Program-made: the position numbers and the translations under genes | IMG/VR virus record: IMGVR_UViG_3300027753_000008 | Reading direction: 5' to 3' (one strand) | DNA: 64,000 nucleotides | Source of the DNA: an uncultured virus (IMG/VR IMGVR_UViG_3300027753_000008) | Taxonomy: Duplodnaviria; Heunggongvirae; Uroviricota; Caudoviricetes | Part shown: one piece after another, positions 8,639-18,130 of the stretch | Layout: every line of letters begins with the position of its first letter | Numbering within the stretch: position 1 is the first letter of the stretch | Notes under the pieces: generated by a model | Told to the model about the DNA's origin: nothing | The model's database searches: none | What the model saw: only the letters and a program-made list of their open reading frames with translations

Positions 8639-9634
8639 ATGCATTCTTTTATAAAATTTTTATCAGAAGGCTTTGGTAATAACGAAGCTGGTGTCTATCA
8701 TGAAATACTGGTGGGTAAGCATTTATCGAACGGTAAACATATGCACGATCCAAAGGGACGGCCAGGTGAATCATCTAAGGATGCACATGATAAATTAGAA
8801 AAAGCAGCTAAAGCACATGGCGGTGATGCACTGGTAAAAGATCATCTGGAAAAAGCTAAAGTAGCAGCTGAAGATATAAAAAGGCAGGTTAAAAAAGCAG
8901 GCCATACCATAAAACATGTACATTGGACTTCAAAACCAGGGGACGTAGAGAGAGTAACTGGAGTTAAGTCTTCTCAAAAAGAAGATCCTTCTGATATTAT
9001 GGTTACAACCCATAAAGGTAAACAGATAGGGATATCTTTGAAGGTATCTAAAAAAACATCTAAGGTTCCTGCTTCGAGTTTAGGGCAGACTTCAGGCGGA
9101 CGTAAGGCCGCAAGATTAGGAACTGCGCATAAGAAAGCTATTGCAGATAGACATAAAGGTTTAGCAACTACGTCTAATAAACAGAGTAGAAAAGATTGGG
9201 CAAAAGAAAATCCTAAAGCTCATGCTGATATCAAAGCCTCTAATAAAAAGTTTCTAGGAGACGTTGCTAAAAAGCAAGCGAGAGAGCTTAATGCTAGGAT
9301 TCGTGTTGGCCATGTAGACCACGTTATAGATCATATGCGTCAAGTTATGCATGCAAAATCTACTCCGATGCAATCAAAAGGACACGACCATATTAAGCAC
9401 ACGACATGGCGTTCTTCTAAAGGTGTTCAGACCAAATCAGCAAATCCAGGAAAAGATCATGAACATATATTTGCGGCCATTCGCAAAGAACCTCATAAGC
9501 TAAAGATTACTCACACTGCAGGAGGTTCAGTTAACTTTCATCATAACGGTAAAAAGGTAGTAACGCAATCGCACAAATTTGATTCGCAATCAGATCCCTT
9601 ATCCACGTTAAAAAGTGCTGGACACATAGCTTAA
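8639..9634 (+). CDS. Basic His/Lys-rich PD-(D/E)XK-like nuclease, probable internal head protein
   Basis: E helix then PSDIMV...IGISLK; N-terminus MHSFIKFLSE resembles T4 capsid targeting sequence. Confidence 0.55.
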   Translation: MHSFIKFLSEGFGNNEAGVYHEILVGKHLSNGKHMHDPKGRPGESSKDAHDKLEKAAKAHGGDALVKDHLEKAKVAAEDIKRQVKKAGHTIKHVHWTSKPGDVERVTGVKSSQKEDPSDIMVTTHKGKQIGISLKVSKKTSKVPASSLGQTSGGRKAARLGTAHKKAIADRHKGLATTSNKQSRKDWAKENPKAHADIKASNKKFLGDVAKKQARELNARIRVGHVDHVIDHMRQVMHAKSTPMQSKGHDHIKHTTWRSSKGVQTKSANPGKDHEHIFAAIRKEPHKLKITHTAGGSVNFHHNGKKVVTQSHKFDSQSDPLSTLKSAGHIA

Positions 9635-10335
9635 TGGCACGCAATCAATACTTAGAACTCATAACACTACAAATAGCAGCCGGCCAAGTACTTAAAACTT
9701 CTTCAATAGATAAGTTTGGATACAACAGTGCGCTTGGTAATACTTACGAAACTATTTGGAGTGGCAACAACCGTTACACTTATATAACTACTCCAGGAAC
9801 AGCTATTGTAACAAGTGGAGATTCAGATGATAATGGTGGAACAGTTCTTATCCAAGGATTAGATGCAGAATATAATGAAATTTCAGAAACTCTTACTGTA
9901 GGTGGGCCTGCAGGTTCTGCTGTATTTCACAGAGTGCATAGAGCATCGCTTGCGACAGCAAACACTGGTGATACAAACCAAGGGGCCATCACGGTAACTG
10001 TTGATTCAAAGTCAGTGGCAATCATACCAATTGGTTATGGTCAGACACTGATGTGTTTATACACTATCCCGAGAAGAAAAAGAGGTTATCTATTTCAACT
10101 AGATATTGGTTGTTCAAAGGATCAGGAGCTAGAAGCTAAAATAGTTGAAAGAAATGGTACAACTAATGTTTGGCAAACAAAGGCGTTTATTACAACCCGT
10201 GGTGGGTTTTTAGAAAAGAACTTTAATATTCCTATTGAGATAGATGAGAAACACGACGTCGAAGTTAGAGCAAAGGCAAGTGCCGGATCGGCTGCAGTTA
10301 GCGCAGGATTTGAACTTGTATTGGTGGACAAATGA
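9634..10335 (+). CDS. Hypothetical beta-rich (virion?) protein
   Basis: KFGYN..ETIW motif, G/T/S-rich, coupled in late operon. Confidence 0.7.
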   Translation: MARNQYLELITLQIAAGQVLKTSSIDKFGYNSALGNTYETIWSGNNRYTYITTPGTAIVTSGDSDDNGGTVLIQGLDAEYNEISETLTVGGPAGSAVFHRVHRASLATANTGDTNQGAITVTVDSKSVAIIPIGYGQTLMCLYTIPRRKRGYLFQLDIGCSKDQELEAKIVERNGTTNVWQTKAFITTRGGFLEKNFNIPIEIDEKHDVEVRAKASAGSAAVSAGFELVLVDK

Positions 10336-11558
10336 GTTTTAAAGAATACATAACTGAACAAAAGAATACGCATATGACCCACATAGAAGACAAAGTCATC
10401 TATGGCGGAGTTAAAGGTACGAGACAAGCAATTATGGCTTTACGTGAATTGAGAGATATGCTAAAAGGAGAACATAATGGATCTGTCAGTGTTAAGTGGG
10501 ACGGAGCACCTGCCATCTTTGCTGGCGTTGATCCCCGCGATGGCAATTTCTTTATTGCTAAGAAGGGAATCTTCAATAAGAATCCTAAGGTTTATAAGTC
10601 TGATGCTGACGTGGACGCTGACACTTCTGGTGATCTTGCAGTTAAACTTAAGCTGGCTCTTAAGCACCTTCCGTCTTTAGGAATTAAAGGTGTAATACAA
10701 GGTGACTTCTTATTTAGTCCAGGAGACGTAAAAACCAAAAAAATTAAAGGGCAAGCATACGTTACATTTCATCCTAATACTATAGTCTATGCTTTACCAG
10801 CCGATTCTGCAGGTGCAAAAGCTGTTAAGTCTTCTAAAATCGGAATTGTGTGGCATACAACTTATACTGGTAGAACTTTTGAAGCAATGAAAGCTTCTTA
10901 TGGAGTTGATGTTTCGAAGCTTAATTCATCTAAAACGGTGTGGTCACAAGACGCAATGCTTAGAGATCTAACAAAAGCCACAATGAGTAAGAAAGATACT
11001 GAATTGGTAAATGAGTACCTTTCTCAGGCTGGATTTATTTTTAACAAAATTGCGGGATCCACTTTACGTCAGCTGGAGTCTAATCAACAGCTAGCACAAC
11101 TTGTAGAACAATTTAATAATACTTATGTTAGAGATGGTAAAGTTATCACTGATACCAATAAGCATGTAGCACTTCTTATTTCTTGGATTAATAAGAGGTA
11201 TAAAAAAGAGATAGATAAGAGGAAGTCAGTTAAAGGTAAAGCAACTCAACAAGATAAATTAGATAGTATTCTATCGTTTTTCTCAGAAAAAAATAGAAAT
11301 AGTTTAAAATATATGTTCGATTTGCAAAAAGTCTTGGTTTTAGCAAAATTAAAACTTATAAATAACCTTAACAAACTTGGTAATATTGATACCTTCGTAA
11401 AAACAAGTAAAGGTTATAAAGTAACCGGAGCTGAAGGTTATGTAGCAATTGACAAAATAGGCGGTGATGCAGTGAAAATTGTTGATCGTATGGAATTTTC
11501 ATACAACAACTTTTCACCAGATATATTAAAAGGATGGGATAAGCCAGCAAGGAACTAA
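10332..11558 (+). CDS. DUF6267-like protein, ATP-dependent ligase-superfamily motifs
   Basis: HMTHIED; VKWDG (motif I), IQGDFLF, EGYV, VKIVDR; N-terminus MSFKEYITE. Confidence 0.7.
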   Translation: MSFKEYITEQKNTHMTHIEDKVIYGGVKGTRQAIMALRELRDMLKGEHNGSVSVKWDGAPAIFAGVDPRDGNFFIAKKGIFNKNPKVYKSDADVDADTSGDLAVKLKLALKHLPSLGIKGVIQGDFLFSPGDVKTKKIKGQAYVTFHPNTIVYALPADSAGAKAVKSSKIGIVWHTTYTGRTFEAMKASYGVDVSKLNSSKTVWSQDAMLRDLTKATMSKKDTELVNEYLSQAGFIFNKIAGSTLRQLESNQQLAQLVEQFNNTYVRDGKVITDTNKHVALLISWINKRYKKEIDKRKSVKGKATQQDKLDSILSFFSEKNRNSLKYMFDLQKVLVLAKLKLINNLNKLGNIDTFVKTSKGYKVTGAEGYVAIDKIGGDAVKIVDRMEFSYNNFSPDILKGWDKPARN

Positions 11559-11559
11559 A

Positions 11560-12009
11560 ATGGCAGTAGGATTTAAAGATTTTCTAACAGTTGATTATAC
11601 GCAAACTGGCGATGGGCAACTAGCACGTAATGCTAAAAAGCGTAAAATGGATACACCAACAGGTAATACAGCTGAAACTGTAGAGCCAGCTGATGAAGCA
11701 TTGAATATGCAGCAAAGGCGAAAAAGAGCTATTCAAATGAAGAAGTTTGCAGCACGACTTAAAATAGGTCGTAAAAAAGCTTCTATGAAAATAGCAACAG
11801 GCCCGGTTCTTGCAAGAAGAGCGCGTAAGGCTGCTAGAAATGCTATGGCCAAAAAGATGACTAAAGGTATAGCTAAAGTAGATCTTACCCCCGCAAGAAA
11901 GCAAGAGATTGAAAAAAGGTTGGATAAAATGCAGCCTAGAGTCAATCGTTTAGCCAAACGCTTGCTCCCAAAAATACGTAAAGCAGAAATATCTAAAAAG
12001 CGCGGGTGA
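11560..12009 (+). CDS. Highly basic hypothetical protein
   Basis: K/R-rich; AAGGA RBS. Confidence 0.7.
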   Translation: MAVGFKDFLTVDYTQTGDGQLARNAKKRKMDTPTGNTAETVEPADEALNMQQRRKRAIQMKKFAARLKIGRKKASMKIATGPVLARRARKAARNAMAKKMTKGIAKVDLTPARKQEIEKRLDKMQPRVNRLAKRLLPKIRKAEISKKRG

Positions 12010-12016
12010 CATCTAT

Positions 12017-13486
12017 ATGATTAATAAGTTTAGCCAATTTCTTGTTGAAGAAGAAAAGTCTATTTATTTTACGTTTGGTAGAATGAATCCTCCTACTATT
12101 GGCCATGGAAAATTACTAGATGCTCTTGCCTCGAAAGCAGGACGTAGTCCTTATCGTGTGTATGTATCTCAATCGCAAGATAAGAAAAAAAACCCATTAC
12201 AATATAAAGATAAAATAAAACATGCTAGAAAAATGTTTCCTAAGCATGCTAGATCTATTGTATCAAATAAAAAAGTAAAAACTATTATTGATGTTTTGGC
12301 AACACTTTATGATGAAGGCTACCGTAATGTTTCTGTCGTCGTTGGCGCAGATAGACTTTCAGAATTTGATATACTATTAAATAAGTATAACGGTAAAAAG
12401 GGTAGGCATGGTTTTTATAACTTCAATAAAATTGATATAGTATCGGCCGGACAAAGAGATCCAGACGCTGAAGGGGCAGAAGGCGCTTCTGCTACTAAGC
12501 AAAGGCATGCAGCAAGTGAAGATGATTTTGTTTCATTTGCGCAAGGTCTTCCAAAGGCTATGTCTAATCCAGAAGCTAAAAAGTTATTTAATGATGTACG
12601 TAAAGGGATGGGCTTAAAAGAGGCCAAAGAGTTTAAAAACCATATTCAGTTAGATCCTGTATCAGACATAAGAGAAGCATATCTTAGAGATGATATATTC
12701 AAAACTGGCGAAGAAGTGGTAATGACAAGAAACGGTATTGTTGGAAATATTAAGTATCTTGGCACTAATTATTTAATCATCGAATCGAAGGGTGAGACCT
12801 GGAGATGTTGGTTAAATGACGTATCTAAAGTTAACCCGAACGATATTCCCCCTAAACACGCTACTGCAGATTTTGGCGCGACACCCGAAGATGGTCCGTA
12901 CAGAAATATGATTAGTGAAGAACGTCAGCCAGATTGGGGGACACCCGAGTCTGTAACCAAAGCAAAAGCAATGACTCCAGGCCAAGCCGACGAAGCTTGT
13001 TGGGATACTCATAAACAAATTGGTACGAAGAAGAAGGGAAACAAGATGGTTCCTAATTGCGTACCAAAAGAGTCTCAAGACCAAGATATAAAAGATCGGC
13101 CAGGTTCTCAGCCTAAAAAATATCATGTAGGTTTGAGTAAAGCTCAAAAAATATCTAGAGACAGGCAGTTTAAAAAACAAGCTAATATGTCTGATAAAGA
13201 TCCAGGTGCATACAAACCTGCAGCAGGTGACGCCACAGCTAAAACAAAAACTTCAAAACACACTCTAAAATTTAGAAAAATGTTTGGTGAATCTTTAGCC
13301 ACTACAGCAGCTAAAGATAAGATAAGTAGAGAAAAAGAAGCTGATAAAAAGAAACACGATAGAATGCTAGACCGTGCACGCTTAAAAGATGTAAAGGTAG
13401 CTAATATGAAAGAATATGGCGGGCCTCCGATCTCTAGAGCAGAATACTTAAAGCAAAAGCCAATGAAAGGGCCTAAGAATGGTTAG
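12017..13486 (+). CDS. Cytidyltransferase-like (HIGH) nucleotidyltransferase with long C-terminal extension
   Basis: FGRMNPPTIGH, VVGADR, SAGQRDPDAEG..SATKQR motifs. Confidence 0.85.
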   Translation: MINKFSQFLVEEEKSIYFTFGRMNPPTIGHGKLLDALASKAGRSPYRVYVSQSQDKKKNPLQYKDKIKHARKMFPKHARSIVSNKKVKTIIDVLATLYDEGYRNVSVVVGADRLSEFDILLNKYNGKKGRHGFYNFNKIDIVSAGQRDPDAEGAEGASATKQRHAASEDDFVSFAQGLPKAMSNPEAKKLFNDVRKGMGLKEAKEFKNHIQLDPVSDIREAYLRDDIFKTGEEVVMTRNGIVGNIKYLGTNYLIIESKGETWRCWLNDVSKVNPNDIPPKHATADFGATPEDGPYRNMISEERQPDWGTPESVTKAKAMTPGQADEACWDTHKQIGTKKKGNKMVPNCVPKESQDQDIKDRPGSQPKKYHVGLSKAQKISRDRQFKKQANMSDKDPGAYKPAAGDATAKTKTSKHTLKFRKMFGESLATTAAKDKISREKEADKKKHDRMLDRARLKDVKVANMKEYGGPPISRAEYLKQKPMKGPKNG

Positions 13487-13733
13487 ATTCGGCGCATACA
13501 TTGCAGAAGATGCAACGGCTGGTTTAAAGAAAAAAGCCGAGAAATCAGGAATGCCATTGAGCGTTCTTCGTTCAGTTTATAATAGAGGTGTGGCCGCATG
13601 GAAAACCGGTCATAGACCTGGTACGACTCCACAGCAATGGGGTTTTGCAAGAGTAAATTCATTTGTTACCAAATCATCTGGTACATGGGGAAAAGCAGAC
13701 AAAGATCTAGCAGCGAAAGTAAGAGGCAAGTAA
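13479..13733 (+). CDS. DUF5824-like small basic protein
   Basis: VYNRGVAAWKTGHRPG..QQWGFARVNSF. Confidence 0.7.
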   Translation: MVRFGAYIAEDATAGLKKKAEKSGMPLSVLRSVYNRGVAAWKTGHRPGTTPQQWGFARVNSFVTKSSGTWGKADKDLAAKVRGK

Positions 13734-15320
13734 ATGACCGTAAAATCAGCAGATAAAAAACCTGAAAAATATGTAGGACCTGATGGAAAACCAAAGATTC
13801 GTATGGTTTCTGTAGATAAAGAAGTTGTGAAGAATGAAGCATACGATGAGCCACAAGGCCAAGCAAAACGTATAGCGTCTCCATTACAAAAGGCTCGCAT
13901 GGATAAAGAAAAAGCTGATCGCGATCGGGAGGGTAAACTAAAATCAGAAGGTAAAACTTTTGACCAAATTCGCAATGAAGCTTATTCTATGAAAGAAATG
14001 GTATGCGAATCTTGCGGTGATACATATGGTAAACCTACAAACGAAACCTGCATGTATGATGCTTATGATATGGCCGGAGAAAATTGGTGCAGCAGAAAAG
14101 AATATATTGCGGCTCAAAAGAAAAATGAAGCTAACACATATGTAGGTCAACGTGACAAAATGAAAATCATCGATCGTAAGCCTCACCCCGATGGTGGTCA
14201 TATTGTGACTCTGCAAACACAAGCTGGTAAAACTATTAAGCGCCATTTAAAGAATGGTAAAGTCAAAGACATGAACGAAGCAAAACTGATGTCGGATGAA
14301 GATGTTGCCAAAATGGTTGCTAAAAGATTAGATAATAGGAGAAATGCGGACAGCTATGACCAAATTGCAGTGATTAAAGATATTATGAATAAATCACCAA
14401 AGCAAAAAAGTCTTGCTACCGATAGAGAATTTATTGATGACGTCTTAGACATTCTATTCAAGAAATATAGATTCAGATCAAACCAGAGAAGAGAATCTGT
14501 TGAACTTGATGAAGCAAAGTTTTCGCCTAAACACGTCAAAATGGCAATAGGTATTGCATCCGATAAAAGATATAAGGGCGGCAATATGACTGGCGCTGTA
14601 AAAGCAATGGACAAAATGAAACCTGGCATTTCGAATCATCCACAAGTTTCTGCTGTTTTGAAAAGACAAAATGAAGATATGAATGAAGAAACTCTCGATG
14701 AGTTAACAGCAGCCGAAAAGAAACTTGTCAATCAAATGTATGACAAAAAAGGTAACCTTACTCCACTAGGTAAAAGGGTTATGGATCATGGCAAAAAAGC
14801 AGCAGGCATCAAAGAAACATTTGGTCGTGCACGGTTTGCTCAACAGCTAAAGAAAAAGGGCGTTGATGTAAGTAAGTTGCATAATCAAAATGTTAAAGAT
14901 GCTGCAGCGGCAAAAGAACGCCAAAAAGCAGCACAAACAGACTATGATAACTTTAAGAATAAAAAAGAATCGGTTGATGAAGTATTAGATACACCAAAAG
15001 CAATGGATAGTTATCATAACAAAGCTAAAGCTCAAAGTGATCGTGCACGTAACTCTGCAACTGCAAAGATTGTAAGAGGAAATAAAGACATCTCAAAAGA
15101 AAAAGATGTTATTCGCAAGCGCGAAAAAGGTATGGACATGGCTACGAACGTGAGAGCCAAGCAGTTTCGTAAATCAATTGGCAGAGGTTATAGCGGAGAA
15201 GCTACTATCCCTGATGGTCAGACAGCGCTTACTAAAAGAGACCCTATCAAGAAAAGTGATATGGATAAACTATCTGCAATTCGTAAAATGCTAGACAGAG
15301 AAAAGGCTATTAAGAAATAA
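13734..15320 (+). CDS. Large K/E-rich probable internal head polyprotein
   Basis: Repeated xxE sites (NEA, LDEA, LDEL, VDEV) like prohead protease cleavage sites. Confidence 0.65.
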   Translation: MTVKSADKKPEKYVGPDGKPKIRMVSVDKEVVKNEAYDEPQGQAKRIASPLQKARMDKEKADRDREGKLKSEGKTFDQIRNEAYSMKEMVCESCGDTYGKPTNETCMYDAYDMAGENWCSRKEYIAAQKKNEANTYVGQRDKMKIIDRKPHPDGGHIVTLQTQAGKTIKRHLKNGKVKDMNEAKLMSDEDVAKMVAKRLDNRRNADSYDQIAVIKDIMNKSPKQKSLATDREFIDDVLDILFKKYRFRSNQRRESVELDEAKFSPKHVKMAIGIASDKRYKGGNMTGAVKAMDKMKPGISNHPQVSAVLKRQNEDMNEETLDELTAAEKKLVNQMYDKKGNLTPLGKRVMDHGKKAAGIKETFGRARFAQQLKKKGVDVSKLHNQNVKDAAAAKERQKAAQTDYDNFKNKKESVDEVLDTPKAMDSYHNKAKAQSDRARNSATAKIVRGNKDISKEKDVIRKREKGMDMATNVRAKQFRKSIGRGYSGEATIPDGQTALTKRDPIKKSDMDKLSAIRKMLDREKAIKK

Positions 15321-15321
15321 A

Positions 15322-15519
15322 ATGATTAGTAAGAAATGTAAACTGCATCTAGAAGAAGCAAATATGACAAGATGGCAGCACTTTAAGCATGCTTGTCATA
15401 TTAGTTGGAGACTTGAAAAAGCAGCATGGGCTGTATTTTTGCATGCCTTTGTTCCTAGATGGTTTACATCTACTGCTACAGATACTTGCAAAGATATAGT
15501 TAAGAGTGCTAAAAAATGA
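15322..15519 (+). CDS. DUF6356-like protein
   Basis: HLxxxxMTxxQH...HAFVPxxFxxTA. Confidence 0.6.
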   Translation: MISKKCKLHLEEANMTRWQHFKHACHISWRLEKAAWAVFLHAFVPRWFTSTATDTCKDIVKSAKK

Positions 15520-15749
15520 TAGGTTTTAAGAGGTTCGTATCAGAAAAAAAATCTGAGACTTGGGAAGCCGGCTATAAGCGCCGTGTTATTAAGACTACAG
15601 ATGCCGACCATAAAGCTGACGGGTATAATTGGAGAATCAAAGGTAAGGAACGTCCTGAGATTTCTATCAAGTTATATAAGTCTAAGCCTGATCAGGCAGA
15701 ATTTAATAAGCAGATGCAAAGAGTAGCGGGGCACGAGTTCGGTGGATAA
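15516..15749 (+). CDS. Small basic protein with CTS-like N-terminus
   Basis: MIGFKRFVSE; ATGA coupling. Confidence 0.65.
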   Translation: MIGFKRFVSEKKSETWEAGYKRRVIKTTDADHKADGYNWRIKGKERPEISIKLYKSKPDQAEFNKQMQRVAGHEFGG

Positions 15750-16050
15750 ATTTAAGACATTCTACGAGAAAAAAGATCCTAGACTAGCAAAGGCTGGTGT
15801 ATCAGGTTTTAATAAAGCAAAGGGAACACCTAGCCATCCAACTAAATCTCATATTGTAGTAGCTAAAGATGGTGATAAAGTAAAAACAATTAGGTTTGGC
15901 CAACAGGGCGCTAGTACTGCAGGTGATCCAAAGGCTGGTGAATCGGCAAAAATGAAGGCAAAAAGAAAATCGTTTAAAGCACGTCATGGTAAAAACATTG
16001 CTAAAGGTAAAATGTCAGCAGCTTATTGGGCTGATAAAGTAAAGTGGTAA
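15742..16050 (+). CDS. Small basic conserved phage protein
   Basis: KSHIVVAK..KTIRFGQQG..RKSFKARH..SAAYWADKVKW. Confidence 0.75.
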   Translation: MDKFKTFYEKKDPRLAKAGVSGFNKAKGTPSHPTKSHIVVAKDGDKVKTIRFGQQGASTAGDPKAGESAKMKAKRKSFKARHGKNIAKGKMSAAYWADKVKW

Positions 16051-16054
16051 ATAG

Positions 16055-16062
16055 TATAAATA
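16055..16062 (+). promoter_or_regulatory. Late promoter
   Basis: TATAAATA. Confidence 0.7.
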
Positions 16063-16090
16063 GTGTAAATAAAAGAATTGGAGCGGGCTG

Positions 16091-16384
16091 ATGCCTACTA
16101 CAAAAAATACAGACGTCTCAGACGCGCGGCTCGAACGAATAGAGGATAAAATGGATAAGATGGCCGAAGCTTTGGTTAGTCTAGCCAGATTTGAAGAAAA
16201 GATGGAAGCGTATAATAAGTATCGCGAAGATTCTTGGGATAGAATGAATAAGTTCAGTGAAAAGCTTGATAGAATAGAAGATCAAGTAAAAGATAATGCA
16301 CACACTGTGCACGTAATTAACAAGTTGTTCTGGATAGCTATAGCTGTAGGCGCCAGTGCAATCGCAGCCCAGATATGGATGTAA
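16091..16384 (+). CDS. Coiled-coil protein with C-terminal TM (XhlA/holin-like)
   Basis: RLERIEDKMD heptads then LFWIAIAVGASAI. Confidence 0.6.
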   Translation: MPTTKNTDVSDARLERIEDKMDKMAEALVSLARFEEKMEAYNKYREDSWDRMNKFSEKLDRIEDQVKDNAHTVHVINKLFWIAIAVGASAIAAQIWM

Positions 16385-16393
16385 GGAAACACA

Positions 16394-17362
16394 ATGAATA
16401 AACACACAATTAGCAAAATGGCTGCGGCGTTGCAACAAGTCGCAGAAAGTAAACTTAACGAATTTGAGATCCCGGAAACTATTCAAGCTGCAGAACGCAC
16501 TGCGTTTCACGGCGCGGCCGCTGGTGCTCATAAAGCTGGTAAATCTCATTTTAATTTTTCTGGTAAAAAATACCCAGTTACTATGAAAAAAGATACAGCA
16601 AATGCTATTGCTGACCAAAAAGAAAACAAGGGCGAAGAAGAAGTGGTAATGAATCCTAAAAAGGATAAGAAAGATAAAAAAGATCCCAATGTAGAAGCTG
16701 AAATGGCTACTGAAGAAACAGTAAACGAGCTTGATAAAAAGACTCTAGGCTCTTATATTAAAAAAGCAGGAGTTGATAGAGAAGTCCAGAAAGCCAAAGC
16801 TGCTCGTCATGCGGATGCTGGTGATATGGCTGATAAAGATAAAGACATGTATAAGCATTATGCTAAGTCTCAACGTGCTACGGATAAATCTAACAATCGT
16901 GTAAAGGGTATTAACAAAGCTGTGGATAAGCTTACTGCTAGCTATAAGAGTGAAAATAGTAAGGCGTCTTTAATGAAGAAGATTGCAAAAGCAGCTGCCA
17001 CTACAGAAAAGGGTAAAGCTGCAGTAACACTTCCAAAGGCTCCTTTTGAAATTCCGAAAAAGGAATCAGTAGAATGGCCAGTATATTCTCGTATTATGGA
17101 AAAGCGTGCTGATCACTATAAGAGCGCCACAGCTCCTGAAGATTGGAACGAAAAAGAAAAAAATAATGCCGGTTCTATGAAAATGAAAGCTGATATGAAA
17201 GCGAATAGTCCAGACGTTATTGATATAGAAAAAGATGGACATGATGATGCATCTAAAGCAGCAAGATCAGGGCCTGCTACAAAGGCTAGATCTAATGATA
17301 ATAAAGCTGGTGATAAAAAAATAATCAATCCAGCTAAAGGTGTAGTAACTAAAGAAACCTAA
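16394..17362 (+). CDS. K/A/D-rich probable internal head protein
   Basis: VAE, LNE, VNELDKKTLGSYIKKA, IME sites. Confidence 0.65.
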   Translation: MNKHTISKMAAALQQVAESKLNEFEIPETIQAAERTAFHGAAAGAHKAGKSHFNFSGKKYPVTMKKDTANAIADQKENKGEEEVVMNPKKDKKDKKDPNVEAEMATEETVNELDKKTLGSYIKKAGVDREVQKAKAARHADAGDMADKDKDMYKHYAKSQRATDKSNNRVKGINKAVDKLTASYKSENSKASLMKKIAKAAATTEKGKAAVTLPKAPFEIPKKESVEWPVYSRIMEKRADHYKSATAPEDWNEKEKNNAGSMKMKADMKANSPDVIDIEKDGHDDASKAARSGPATKARSNDNKAGDKKIINPAKGVVTKET

Positions 17363-17374
17363 GGAGATTTATAT

Positions 17375-17755
17375 ATGGCTATGATTAAACCACCTGCATG
17401 GTGTGCTGACGCGATTCCAGGTAAAAACGGTTGGACTGATGCCAAAACTGGAGAAGTTTATCAGTCTAATCGTTTTACTAAAGCTCAGATTGATGAATTT
17501 ATGGGAGTATCTACACCTCCTGCTAAAGTTCAAAAGCCTGTACTAGAAGATTTAACAGATCTTATTACTGAAGGCAAAATTCGTGCAGCTGAAATTGAAA
17601 TGGAAAAAGACTTAGAGTATACTAAGGATCCAGATGATATATCTAATATGAATAAAAAAGAACTAGAAAAACTAGCTCGTGAGCATGGAGTTGAACTCGA
17701 TCGTCGTAAATCTAAAAAAGCACTACTTACACAGCTTCGATCTATTCTAAAATAA
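17375..17755 (+). CDS. Hypothetical protein with C-terminal Rho-N/HeH-like domain
   Basis: MNKKELEKLAREHGVELDRRKSKKALL. Confidence 0.65.
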   Translation: MAMIKPPAWCADAIPGKNGWTDAKTGEVYQSNRFTKAQIDEFMGVSTPPAKVQKPVLEDLTDLITEGKIRAAEIEMEKDLEYTKDPDDISNMNKKELEKLAREHGVELDRRKSKKALLTQLRSILK

Positions 17756-17761
17756 AGATTA

Positions 17762-18130
17762 ATGAAATTATTTGATAAACTGAGTGAGGACAATTTTGTC
17801 TTGTACGCAGCAAGACATTATTATAAACCCAATGTCATTGACGCTGAAGAATTCTATGATGATTTAAAAAGATTTATTTATCTTAGAAGATTGCTTAAAA
17901 AATATTATGGAGGCGGCGAGCTATCAGAAAGATTGATACTAAATCATATAATAGTTATTTTTAACTTATTTGATGTTGAGGCCTCGCTGAAAATGTTAGA
18001 CTATCAAATAGAAAATAAGTATTGGCCTATAGTAAAACCGTTTTTAGTATATTTAAGGCATATCCATAATAATCAGTATACGCAAATTGATATGGATAAA
18101 GAAGTAATAGAGAGACTAAGGAAAATATAA
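17762..18130 (+). CDS. Conserved T4-like phage hypothetical protein
   Basis: EFYDDLKRFIYLRRL..ELSERLILNHII motif. Confidence 0.75.
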   Translation: MKLFDKLSEDNFVLYAARHYYKPNVIDAEEFYDDLKRFIYLRRLLKKYYGGGELSERLILNHIIVIFNLFDVEASLKMLDYQIENKYWPIVKPFLVYLRHIHNNQYTQIDMDKEVIERLRKI

